From NCBI GenBank assembly GCA_001179505.1, contig CDMY01000218.1, positions 62,001 through 126,000 of the forward strand: a stretch of DNA of 64,000 nt. Reading direction: 5' to 3'. A model generated the notes under the pieces. That model had not been told where the DNA came from, did no database searches, and saw only the letters and a program-made list of their open reading frames with translations. Position numbers and translations under genes: made by a program. Below, piece by piece: positions 50,484 to 62,529 of the stretch; positions within the stretch are counted from its first letter, which is position 1, and each line of letters opens with the position of its first letter. Origin of the DNA: Vitrella brassicaformis CCMP3155. Its lineage: Eukaryota > Protista > Chromerida.

Positions 50484-52301
50484 ATGGAGGAGGACGGCGG
50501 CGGCCCTTCAGGTCAATACCGAACCACACGCACCGAGTCGCGCCGCATCTGGCGAAAACAGCCCTGTGATCCGTTGTGGTCTCTACCATCCTCTCCTCTG
50601 CTGGTGTGCTCAGGTCCGTCGACGAGTCGTTCTTCAGGGTTGGGCGATGGGGAGGAGACCGTGGCGGCTCTCAAGGAGAGATACGCCGCACAGATGGCAG
50701 AGATGCGCGAACGGCTCGCAGAGCTTCAAGCCGACTGGGAAAACCAGGTCAGGCAGGCGCGGGCGTGCACACGCCTCACTGACCAACGAGGAGAGATGAA
50801 GCACAGCACGGCCCCTGTGTTTGCTTCCCTCCCTCCTGTCTGTCGTTAGATCCGTATAGTCAACGACCTGCGTCGGCAGCTGGAGACAGCGTCGTCGATA
50901 TCGTCCTTCTCGCCCCGGTCCATGGTGGCCTTCCCGCCATCGCCACGCAGACGGCCGTCATTCTTCGGACTCTCCAACGGCGACGTCAGCGACCGCGACA
51001 GAGCTGACGCCGCCACGGACAATGGCAATGACGACCTGGGCACCGGCAGGGCCACCGACGATGGGGGGGCGACGGCAGCTGGTGGTGGTGCCATGGACGA
51101 GGCGCAGGCACAGCTCGTCGAGTCTCTGCAGCAGCAGTGAGTGTCGCCTTTCACGACACTAAAGGACATGGCTGGAGCGGCAGATGATGTGCTTCCTGTG
51201 TGGGTGTGTGGTGTGGTGTGCGGCTACTGTGTGTGTGTGTGTTCAGGATAGTGGAGGTGTCAACGGTTGTAGCGACTCGCGAGGCGGAGATCCAGAAGCT
51301 GCAGGACGGGCTGGACCAGCTGACGTGCGAGAGCCAGCAGCTGCGGGGCCAGCTGTCGGAGAAGGACCAGATGCTCATACGCCTGCAACACAAAATCATG
51401 TGCCTCGAGGTATGCAACACAGGCAGGCGCAATGGAAGCAACCACGCACTGTCTGTCTGTCTGTCTGTGCTGTGCTGTTTGTCAGGCGTCTAAGAACAGC
51501 GGTTCTCCGGTGACGTCTGACTGGTCCATCACTCACGCGTTCCCCCCGGCGCCCATCGGCCTCCCCGCCAAGACCTACCGGCCCCCATCCACCCCCTCCA
51601 TTGACCACCCCCTCCGCCCCATCTGCTCCGACCACGACCTCATGATGCGCGAGAACGCCACTCCCAATGTCATCCCCTGGTCGCCACAGCTCGTGCGCCC
51701 ATTCGCATGTCGCACCACAGCCAAGCGGAGCAGCCCCCCCTCGCCATCCGCGGCCCACCACCATCACACGTATCGGTCGTTCCACCGGGGGTATTCCCTC
51801 ACGCTGCCCCGGGAGCCGGAGCCGCTGGGCGAGCAGACGCCGCCCGGAATCAGCCGGGTATTTGCGGCCATCGAGAGGATAGAGGAGCCCGTCAGCCCCC
51901 CCATGCGCGGCTACGTCAAGAGGTCCTTCTCGATGCCCGTCAACCACCCTTCCATGATCGTCAGCCTCCCCCCGCTCTCCCAGGAACCGGACACCGTCTT
52001 CGTCCTCAGCAACATGCAGCACCAGCAGCAGGGCGAGGAGGGGGAGGGCGAGAGCAGCAAGCTCCACGCCACCACCAATGGCATTGACGGGGGGTGCGGT
52101 GGCGGTCTGCGGATGCGCGAGATGCCCACTCACCACCACCACCACCACCATACCGAGGCGACGTCGACCGAGGCCGAGTCGCGTGACAGCGGGGGGTCGC
52201 CATCGTTTTGCGTCAAGGTGGTGGATGAGGCCATCCCTGTGGTGGTGGATGCGGGCACCTCAGACCGACTGATGACGCCGCGGGGGGACCATGACATGTA
52301 A
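50484..52301 (+). CDS. Coiled-coil hypothetical protein with a Pro/Ser-rich C-terminus
   Basis: Exons encode ALKERYAAQMAEMRERLAELQADWENQ and EAEIQKLQDGLDQLTCESQQLRGQLSEKDQMLIRLQHKI; long last exon 51486-52301. Confidence 0.6.
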
Positions 52302-55300
52302 GCGCACAGGGGAGAGAGGCGAGAGCAAGGCGGCGCATGACATCGCTCGGTCATCCGCTGTGTTGTGTTGTCTCCGTTCATCCAGTGCGGTTTTGCCGTG
52401 CCCTCTGGTGGCCCTCGGAGATCAGGCGTCAGGAGGCAATTGATGGATCGGGGGAGGGAGGGAGGGAGGGAGCAGAGAGGAAGCTGTTGTGTCGGTCAGT
52501 GTATGGCTGGGGTCGGTCTGTCCGTATCAATCAACGAAGCGAGCCAATGGTCCGTCAGGTGGTGTGGTGTTACGCTATTTATTTGTCTAGCCATCCGATC
52601 CACTCATTCCATCACATACCATTACCCGTCCATCTCTGTCCCCCCACACACGCAATGAACACCCGCACCCACTTTTATGCACCATCCACAGCTGTGCACA
52701 CGGGCCGATTTGTCCCGCTGTGTCAGTGAGTGAGAGGGAGAGAGAGATGTTGGTTGGTCTTGCGTCACGGACCTCAAGCACACAGACAGAGCAACTCTTT
52801 CCCCTTCCCCTCACAGACAGACAGACAGACAGACAGCCAGGCGCACTATCGTTTACCCTTTCTCCCCCCCAGCCCATCCCTCCCTCCCTCCCTCCCTACT
52901 CGCTCCATTCATTTCTCTCTCTTTCTTTCTTGGTTCGTCTTTGACCTGCGTGGCTGGCTGGCTGGCTGGCTGCAATGGTCGATAGATCAGCAATTTTGTC
53001 GCCGGGGGCTGGGGGGTGGGGGTGTGGGGCTGACGGATGCCTGTTGGTTGGTTTGTTGGTTGGTTGAGGTTGTGGCGGGCCGATCGATCGGCTGCGTGCG
53101 CACTTTGAACAAGAGCAAGAGACGCACATCTATAGACACAAGGTACTTACGTATGGACACATACTCCGTGCCTGCCTGCCTGCCTGCCTGTGCGTAAGAT
53201 CGTTTCTCTTCTAATTCCTTTCTGGTGTGTGTACGATCGACCGACTGACCGACTGACTGACCGACCAAAGCAAGCCCAGCCAGGCCAATCACTGCTCTCC
53301 TTCGTGCGACTCTGCTCTGCCCGTGCCTGCATTGCATTCCATGACGCCTGTCTGTGTTTCTGTGCGTGCGCGTAGCCAGCTCGTGTACAGCAGCAGCAGC
53401 AGCAGCAGAGAAGGGAGGGATCATTATATATCGCTCCGGTCTCTCATGTGGCTGTGTGTGTGTGAGACTCCGTCTGTGTGAGGGTGGGCGGTGGCCTGTT
53501 GGTATGGGGTGTTGGGGTGTGTGCGTGTGGGGGTGGGTGGGGGGCACGTCTGTCTGTATAGCGCTTGTGGTCGGTCGCCTCTTCTGTCTCTCTCTTTCTT
53601 CTTTGCATGTCTACACGTGTGTGTGTGTGTGTTGCGTATATGGATGGTTTGTCCACATCCATTTTTTCGCACGTGAGAGCTGTGTGTTTTCATGTGAGTG
53701 ACCCACTCTCTCTCTGTGTTTTGATTGACTCCTCACTCACTCACTCACTCACTCACTGAACGAACGAACGAATGAACGAACGACTCCCTGACTCCTCCAT
53801 GGCTGCACTTGCATACAGCTGCATGTCATCGTGTCGGTCGGTGCGTGTGGGGGGAGGGGGGGAGGGTGTTGGGTGTTGGGGTGACTATGTATGGCTTAGT
53901 AAATAGATCCTGTTTATCTACCGGGACAACAAAGGGACGCCTGGCTATCCATGTTTGATCAATGAATGGTGGGTGAATGGGGAGACTTTTCTATCTCTCG
54001 GCGGCGGCGGCCTGGGAGGGATTTTGTGATGGCCATGGCGGTCGGTCGGTGAGTGAGTGTAGGGATGCGTATTTTTGTCATCTGCCGTGTTGTGTGCGTC
54101 GTGTGGGGTGCGGTGGGTTGCTTCTTCTCTCTCTATTGTCGCCATTCATTGCATGCCATCGATCAGCCAGTCAGCCCACCGACGACTACTGACTGCATAC
54201 GCTCCACGGCAGTTTCAGACAAACGCCGTTTGTTTGTTCGTTCGTTCGTTCCCCTCCCCTCTCCGCACACACACACACACACCCACGCCCTCATCCACCC
54301 ACTCACATCCACACACTGCATGCCATCGATGCCTGCATGGCTAGTATGAGTCCATGTGTGTCTACCGCCAGCGAGCGAAAGAAAAGTCGTCAGATGGCTG
54401 GCCGGCCGGCTCCTCCGTTTTCATACGTTTCATGATACGCTCTCGTGGGTGCGCGTGTGTGCCTGTGGGTGGATGGATGGATGCGTGTGTGTGGGGAAGT
54501 GCCCATGGATGCTGGTGCGTGCGCGTGCATTGCGTGTTGATGCCTCCTCACCTCACACCATGGCTGGCCGGCTGGCTTCGGCACTTACGAGGACCAAACG
54601 AACAAAGTATTTTTTGTATCCACCTACCGCTGCGAAATGGGACGGACACATGCACACACACACACACACACGAGAGGGAGGACACACGAGAGGGAGGACG
54701 ACTGATGGATGTCGCGGGGTGGGTGTCTATGCTCCGTGTCTGTTGGTGACGGAGGGGCCGAGTGGGTGGGGTGTGCGCGCGCGTGTTCATGGCTGCTCTC
54801 GCGTCTGCATGTCTGTCTGTCCGTGCCGCTCGCTTTTTACTCTGGGGTGCGATGATGCGTGCGTGATGCATACGGGCAGTGCACACGAGAGGCTGCTTTG
54901 AAAGAAAGAAACAAAGAACGAACGAACGGGGAGTATGTACGTATGTGATGGATCGATCGCTGTGTACGTGTACGCAACGTCCTGCTGCTGCTGTTTGGAG
55001 AGAGAGGGCGTGTATACGTAAGTCTGTCTGCATACTTATACAGTTCCACTACAGGCAGGGGCGTCGCGGTGTGTGTGTCGTATTACCTGCTATCTACTTT
55101 CTGCGGATGTCTATCTGCTACCTGCTGTCTACCTACTGCCTACTGATGGATGGATGGTCTTGTTTGAAAGTCCAATGCAATGGTGCGTACTACTCTCTCT
55201 GTCTGTAGGCCCGTACACACACATACGTCATGCGTCATGCGTTCGTCCGTAGAGACTGTCTGCCTGTGTGTTGCCCTGTGACCTTTGCCTTTATATTTAT

Positions 55301-55580
55301 GTGACATATCTATCAGCCTATCATTCAGCGAGCGGATTGGTCCATCCATCTCTGTCCCGTACGTATCTCGTGTGTCTCTGCGACTCGAGTTAACACATCC
55401 TTGGATGAAAGATGCTCATGCCCATTGCCCAATCGTCAACATCCCCTCACAACCATCTCACATGGCCCGACGCGAGCTGAGACGGCATTGGTCGCGACCT
55501 GCCCCCAAACTTGTAAAGATGATGTCGCTCGATTTTTTTCCGAGTCGTTTCCCCCGTCGCGTTCTGTGAGGAAGGCGTGA
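52302..55580. repeat. ~3.3-kb microsatellite-rich non-coding region upstream of the AP2 gene
   Basis: Mixed (GACA)n, (GGCT)n, (CACT)n, (GAAC)n, (TG)n, (CA)n tracts; ORFs here are repeat-derived. Confidence 0.7.
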
Positions 55581-55622
55581 ATGCATCATTTCCCTAGATT
55601 CGAAGATAGAAGGCCGGTCATC

Positions 55623-58600
55623 ATGTCCGACACACCGTTCCGTGACGGTCACAGTGACGCCGCCGAAGACGGCATGCGTCCGCACCCTCCCGCCCCTCCC
55701 GCACACCCCTCTGCGGCCGCATCGCTCCTCCTGGGCCGTCTGGCGGGTCAGGGCGGCTTTCCGGCGTCACTTATGGGTCAGTTGCCGTTGGGCTTCGGTC
55801 GGGTGCCGAGACGCTTCGTAGAGTATGATGACGCAATGGAGAAGTGGCTGGCTGTGGAGGAGGGAGGTGAGGGAGGCAGTGAGGGAGGCAGTGAGGGATG
55901 CAGCTAAGGGGGAAGGAAATGGCAAGGAGCGACTCGTTCATATATGGTGTCTGTTGTGTGTGTCTGTGTGTGTGTGTGTTGTTTGGCATGCAGGTGTGCC
56001 GTACGTTCGCAGCGCGAAGCCATTCGCTGACAGTCAATATGGCGGCAAGGAGCAGGTAAAGCATGGAAGAGAAAAACGATAAGAGTCACATTGTCTGTCC
56101 ACCCCTCTCTGTTTGCATTCCTGTGGCTGACGGATGGCTGCATTGCATTGCGCTGCATTGACAGGCGAAGGAGGCGGCCATCGCGTATTTGAAGCAGCTG
56201 CCCGCCCCTTCGCGTTTCATGTACCGCCCTCCCGCCGCCTACCACCACGCCAGTCATTTCCCCTACCATCACGCCCACCACCACCACCCCGCCATGTCGT
56301 CGAGTGTGAAGCAGCGCGTCATGACGGTGTCAGTGCCCACTGAGCTCGAGCTCAGGGCTGCGTTGGCTGACGGCAGAGTCGGATACGATCACAGGAAGGT
56401 CAGCAGGCCAAGTCAGACAGGGGGAGAAGGGTGTGAGTGGGTCGGATGGACGTCATGGTGTTGTTTGCCTATGGCGTTTCACCCATTTGCAGAAGTTGGT
56501 AGTTGGGACTTTGTTTCACGAAGGAGCACCCGTGCTTAGACAGTGGTTCGCCCCCGGCCAATACCGTAAGCAAGCCAAGAAGAAACGCCGAAACCCACAC
56601 ATGCAGCCGGAATGAGAAGCTTCGGATCACACCTTCCTCTGTCGTATTTCTTTGCCTCAGGTAACTTCGTCGCGGCGCAGCTGCGGGCTCTCATGTGGGT
56701 CAACGAGCAAGAGCAGCTACTGCAGCGGCCCCGCTCCACCCACAGACAGCGACGCCAGGCCAGCACCCCGCCCCAGCAGACCGAGACACAAGAGTCGCAC
56801 GAGGACAGGGAGGCCGCGTCGCTGCATGCCGTCATCGAGGCCAAGAGGCGGGTGCAGGAGATCCGCAAGAAGAAGGCCGACGCGACGGTTCCCAGGGTGG
56901 ATGTGGACCTCACCCTGACCAACGGGCATGACGCCGGTGTGCATGGCTACATCAGCAAGAAAGACGAGGAGCTGATGGACCTCCTCGACGAAGCCGACAG
57001 CCGGCAGCAGCACCAGCAGCAGCAGCAGCAGCAGCGTGAGCGTGAGCGTCCCCCCCGTCCGTACTCGTATGTGCCCCCCACCAACCCCACACCCTTCCCA
57101 CGGCGGCCGCTGCAGTTCCGCCCGTTCAGCTTCGTCCGCCACCCCAACAGCGGCGTGCCGATGCCCTTCAACGCCCCGTCACTCGTGCAGCGCTTCCACT
57201 ACCCCTTCAGTCCTCTCATGCCCATGAGTGACACAGGCGGCCGCAGACAGCAGCAGTCGACCAGGGGGCGCAAGGGCTCCTCTCCCCTCACCCCATCCCC
57301 CCCACCCACACCCACACCCCGTAGACACAAGAAATCCCACAACGACACAATCGACGACAGCGGGGTCGTCAGGCGCCAGACGCACGAGAGGAAGAGACGG
57401 AGCGCGGGGGCCAAGGCACCACATCAGCGCGGGAAGGTCGCCCTTAAGGGGCAGCCCCCGCACCCTCACACACATCGCTGCTACCGCACCGCCCGCTTTA
57501 GCAACCCCTGCGGCCGCGCATTCCTCCGCTTTCTCGGGCCCCCCACCGGCACGCGACCGGACGACGGTGAGAAGGACGGCGTGCGCGCCAAGGATGAGGG
57601 CGAGATGTGCAAGGAGATGACGGACGAGGTGCTGGCTGAGCTGCTGCTCTCTCTGCGCAAGGGCGGCTTCTACCAGCGTGCAGACAAGACAGAGGAGGGG
57701 GCGGAGGGGGCGGAGGGGGCGGAGGGGGCGGAGGGGGCGGAGGGGGGNNNNNNNNNNNNNNNNNNNNNNNNNNNNNNNNNNNNNNNNNNNNNNNNNNNNN
57801 NNNNNNNNNNNNNNNNNNNNNNNNNNNNNNNNNNNNNNNNNNNNNNNNNNNNNNNNNNNNNNNNNNNNNNNNNNNNNNNNNNNNNNNNNNNNNNNNNNNN
57901 NNNNNNNNNNNNNNNNNNNNNNNNNNNNNNNNNNNNNNNNNNNNNNNNNNNNNNNNNNNNNNNNNNNNNNNNNNNNNNNNNNNNNNNNNNNNNNNNNNNN
58001 NNNNNNNNNNNNNNNNNNNNNNNNNNNNNNNNNNNNNNNNNNNNNNNGGCGGAGGGGGCGGAGGGGGCGGAGGGGGCGGAGGGGGCGGAGGGGGGGGAGG
58101 GAGAGGGCAAGCGAGACGGGAGTGGCAATGACGACGACCACCAGAACGATGGCGACCGGCCCAAGGACGGCGGCCCGCAGCACTCGGCTCACCACCAGGA
58201 GACACCCAAGTGCGGCCACGCCCATCCGCCACCCACGCGGCCGGCCGATCAGCAGCAGGGCAGCACACCCACCAGCACCACAACGCAACAGCCCCACCAG
58301 CACGCTCCTACTCCCGTGATCCCCCTGAGCCATCTCACGACTCTTCCCCTCCCATCCTTCGACACACATGGCCGACCCAAGCGCAAGCGGGACAACATAA
58401 TGGTCTGCCACGCTGGACGGATTGGCGACCCCTTCCCGCCACAGCACACACCCATGGTCGCTCTCCCGCCCTTGATGCAGCCACAGGGGTGTGCAGGCGG
58501 CGAGACTGGCAGCGAGGGCCCGGCCCACAAGAAGAGGAAGGTTCGCGTCGTGCCGGTGCAGTCGGACCAGTATGTTTCTTCAGAGGGCAGCCATGAGCAG

Positions 58601-58777
58601 CAGGAGGGCATCGGCCGGCCGTTCGCAGGGCTGCTGCAGGACGGCTTGATCTTCAAGAGAGTGAACGGGTCGGAAGAGCTGGTTGCCATAGGCAGACGAA
58701 CGGCATTTCAACCTGTTTGTGTGTGTGCAGGTGAGGTGAACGGATTGGGGGACAGAGCCAAGGCAGTCGACCCATGA
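55623..58777 (+). CDS. ApiAP2-type transcription factor with two tandem AP2-like domains
   Basis: Phase-checked splicing gives VEYDDAMEKWLAVEEGGVPYVRSAKPFADSQYGGKEQAKEAAIAYLKQL and VGYDHRKKLVVGTLFHEGAPVLRQWFAPGQYRNFVAAQLRALMWVNEQ. Both fit the AP2 pattern (YD...W.A....G.....F....YG...A...A), followed by a long low-complexity tail. Confidence 0.75.
57693..58098 (+). repeat. Coding 9-bp tandem repeat (GGAGGGGGC)n encoding (AEG)n, interrupted by a 300-N gap at 57748-58047
   Basis: The repeat runs into the gap from both sides. Confidence 0.85.
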
Positions 58778-58961
58778 GTAGTGTTCTTTACACCACAGCA
58801 CGACAAGACATATCTTTTTGTGTGTCATGAGTGAGTCTGCACACCCACCCCATACGCACCCACTCGTTGACATGATCGAACCACACACAGTGTATGTGTG
58901 TGCGTGTGTGTGTGTGTGTGTGAGTGGAAGCGTATCTGTTTGTGTGTGCGTGACGGACGAC

Positions 58962-60331
58962 TCAGAATCCCTTCTCCCCTTTGATGCTGAAATGTTCTGG
59001 AAACTTGTTCCTCCGCCTCTTCTCCACTGCCATCCTGTCGGCAGAAGCCCTCGCGTCCTCCAACCTGATCGCATCACACGCAGCACACCACACACGTGTC
59101 TCGTGCCACTTGTTGGCCTTGTGCTGTGTGTCTGCTTACTGCCACTTCTTGGGATTGATCAGCCGGTCTCTGGCCTGCTCGCGAAGCCATATCTGCAGCC
59201 ATCCATCCATCCAGCCATCCATCCAGATAATCCCGGCCATGAGTGACAGTAGCCAAGAGTGACCTCTCTAGGATTGGGCAGCACCACCCCATAGCGTCCC
59301 TTGGTGGTCGTTCGCAGGAGTGCCGCCTCAATCTCTCCTGCCTCATCACCTTCCTGTTCTTCTTCTGCTGCATCCTCCCCCTCCTCGGCTGACGCAGCCA
59401 CTTCATCCGCCTGTGTGGGCGATGCCTCAGCGGCCTCAGGCTTGTGACGACGAATCGTCGAAGCGCCCATCACCCTGGCCACACAGAGACACGAGGTTGA
59501 GAGGGCGTCTTTGCTGTGTCATTTCTCTCTGCCTGCCTACGCGGCTTTGGCTGCCAGTGCGGCCAGCCCTCTCTCCGTCTTGGCCTCGCGGCATATGTCC
59601 ACGAGCTCGGTCATCCGGATGCCGCCCTCTGAAGATGTGGGCACCGGCAAGACATGGAGTGCTGTCGACAGGAGCTTGGGCGGCAGGGGGGCGGGGAGTG
59701 ATTGTGTCTGTCTCTGCAGGTGCCTCTTGGTCTGGCCATTGGTGTCCTCCTCTGCTGGTGGGGGCTTTCTCTTGTAAGCCGTCCTCTCCCTTTCAAGCAC
59801 CTTCCGTCGCTTCTCGAGCAGAATCGTGGCTGAAGTCGTTGATGATACAAACAGACACATGAGAAATGATGAGCCCATACAGATGCTTGTATGCCGCATT
59901 TGATTCATGTGGCTGGCTGACCGAAGTCAGGTGCGTCTTTCCTCTGTGTGGGCGGCAGCAGGTGTGCGGGGAGTGCAAGGGTGGACGGTGCGTCAGGTCT
60001 CGTCGACACCGGCGGCCGAGGGCAACTCGCATATCCCACAAACTTCTCTGCAGGGAAAAACGGTATCCATATGCACACCAATCGCTAGCGAAGAGGACAC
60101 AAAAAATGGCGTTCATGTGTGTGCGCACGGATGTACCTGGGAGCACGACATTGAAGAGGAATGAGTTGGCCGTCTCCTTTGCCTGGTGTTCGGCCTCTTC
60201 CTCGGGCGTGTAGAGCTGCGTGTATGCAACGAACATGACGCGACCAATCCATACGCAGGCACGTGAGTGCAGGTGTGCTTACGATGCCAAAGTGCCGTCG
60301 CATCTTCGTGTCGATGAAGCCTTCACGCACG

Positions 60332-60417
<86 letters not shown>

Positions 60418-60683
60418 GAGCGAGTGTGCCATACTGGATGCATGTCTAAGCGCCTGCTGACCTGACACGTCCGGAACGAAGCACGGCACTCGCCGCCCCC
60501 TGCGAGAAAGAATGAAGACACCGACACGCGAGAGTAGGAAGGAGGGGGCCGCTTTCAGAGCCTTGTCAGCGTGAGTGTCCTTCCTGACCTTGGGTCGCAT
60601 GTGATGCTCTTGCCCGTGCGCTGGTCTATCTTGTAGAAGCCACCCGTGAGGGCGTTCTCGCGAACTGACAACGCTGTCGCCAT
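58962..60683 (-). CDS. Hypothetical multi-exon protein
   Basis: Start MATALSVRENALTGGFYKIDQRTGKSITCDPR; internal exons YTQLYTPEEEAEHQAKETANSFLFNVVLPEKFVGYASCP and IWLREQARDRLINPKKWQLEDARASADRM; no family recognised. Confidence 0.55.
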
Positions 60684-61103
60684 AACGAGGACAACTGCAA
60701 GATAGCTGAGTCACGTGGGTGGATGTGGGTCTTGTTTCGTGGCGGCTGCTGCTGGAAAAACCCTTGGTTTCGTCCCTGATCCTGTCCGAGACGGTATGGC
60801 CATTACCGGCCCGGCCGGGATAGTGCAAGCTCAATTTTCCTTCCTTCGAGGAAAAGATCTTGGGACTTGAGAGTGCTTGGGAGCCTGATCTGTGTCGCAC
60901 GCGCTTTGGGGAGCTTGGGAAGGGAAAGAGGAAATTGCTCCTGCCTCCGACGAAAGCAAGCGGCGATGTCTGGTCCGTGCTCGCTTTGCGGCAAGTCGAC
61001 TTGAGGGTGCTTGTCGGAGGAGCTTTGGAGTGCTTTGGCCCGGCCGATCCGGGGAGGGGGGCGTTGAAAAAAGAAAGGGGGACGACCAGGGAAGCACGCG
61101 GCG

Positions 61104-61919
61104 ATGTCGACGTCGGGTCCGTGCTCGGTGTGCGGCAAATCGACGCAGTTTCGGTGCTCTCTCTGCAAGGTAGGTATATATAGAACGCACGGGGAGCGGT
61201 GATGTGGATGCTGCACGTGTCGGTTGCTTGCTGTCTGTCTGCAGTCACGATACTACTGCGGAAGCGCATGTCAGAGGCAGGATTGGCGGAGCGGCCACAA
61301 GGAGGAGTGTTCCCGCGATTGTGAGGGCTCACGGGAGACCCATGCCACGGAGATCAGGTCGACATCGGAGGGCGAGGTCTTCGGTCGCAGCTTCATGTCC
61401 TCCAAGCCACCACATGCTCAAGAGGCAATGGAGTACATCTGGGACGCCTTCGACTGTGGGGTGGACACACAAGGCTACATAGACAGACGCCGACTCGCCA
61501 AGAAGGCCCTCAAGATCGACCCCAACTGCGCCGATGCCCACTCGACACTGGGCTGGTGTCGAATGCAGCTGAAAAAGCTGTATGACGAGGCGCTTGTGCT
61601 GATGGACCGTTCGATTGAGGCGGCCTATGCGACGGAGCCCGGCCTCAGGGAGGCCTCGCAGAAGGAGGGCGTCCAGCTCCCTTGGGGCATCATGGAGAAC
61701 AGGCCGTTCCTGCGGGCGGTGCACGGCAAGGCGATGGTGCTGCACAAGCTGGGGCAGGTTGACCCCGCCATTGGTGAGTGCCGCAAGATCCTCAAGTGGA
61801 ACCCGAGCGACAACCAGGGGGTGCGGGTGCTCATCTATGACTGGCTGAAGGAAAAGGGCGCCCACCGAGAGGCCGAGGAGTTCAAGACGAGCTGGAAGAA
61901 CAGCTGGGGCGGCTTCTGA
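61104..61919 (+). CDS. MYND-type zinc finger fused to a TPR-like domain
   Basis: Exon 61104-61169 + 61245-61919: CSVCGKSTQFRCSLCKSRYYCGSACQRQDWRSGHKEEC (MYND), then AKKALKIDPNCADAH and ENRPFLRAVHGKAMVLHKLGQVDPAIGECRKILKWNPSDNQGVR. Confidence 0.85.
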
Positions 61920-62090
61920 AAGCAACAGAGCGGCCTCTCGGTGTGTGTGTGTGTCAGTCAGAGAGCGGTGCAATTAATGCTGTCTTCTGCCTAACAGAAA
62001 GGAGGATGGGATTGCCAGCTGATAATCGATCAGTGAACAATCGATTGAATGAATGGAACGGAATAAGTGAGTTCATATTCAGGGACAAAT

Positions 62091-62523
62091 GATGCTGCAA
62101 TACAGGATCGGTGTCAAGACAGACGACTGCACACAAGATGGCCACTTCTTAATTTCATCCAAGTGAGTGTAGCTGTCTGTCCGCATCCATCCATCCATCC
62201 ACCCATCCATCCACCAAGCGTGTCGTTTCGTCCAGTGGAGATGCACTCCCAGTCAGTATGTCATGCCGAGTGCCAAGTGAATGCCAAACGATATGGGCCC
62301 AACAAGATGCTGCACAGATACAGACAGGATTGGTGTCAAGACAGACGACTCAACACACATGCCTACACACGATGGCCACTTATTCATTCATCCAAGTGAG
62401 TGAAGCTGTCTGTCCGCATCCATCCATCCACCCATCAATCCATCAATCCATCGTATCCTTCACTCAATCCATCCATCCACCAAGCGTGTCGTTTCGTCCA
62501 GTGGAGATGCTAGTCCCAGTCAG
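62091..62523. repeat. Two-copy diverged direct repeat (~62091-62255 and ~62307-62523)
   Basis: Shared ggtgtcaagacagacgact, atccaagtgagtg.agctgtctgtccgcatcc and ccaccaagcgtgtcgtttcgtccagtggagatgc..tcccagtcag. Confidence 0.85.
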
Positions 62524-62529
62524 AACTAA

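Noticed and set aside
60085-61332. 415-aa minus-strand ORF
   Set aside because: It crosses a divergent promoter, introns and microsatellites, and overlaps two better-supported genes; the composition is not protein-like.
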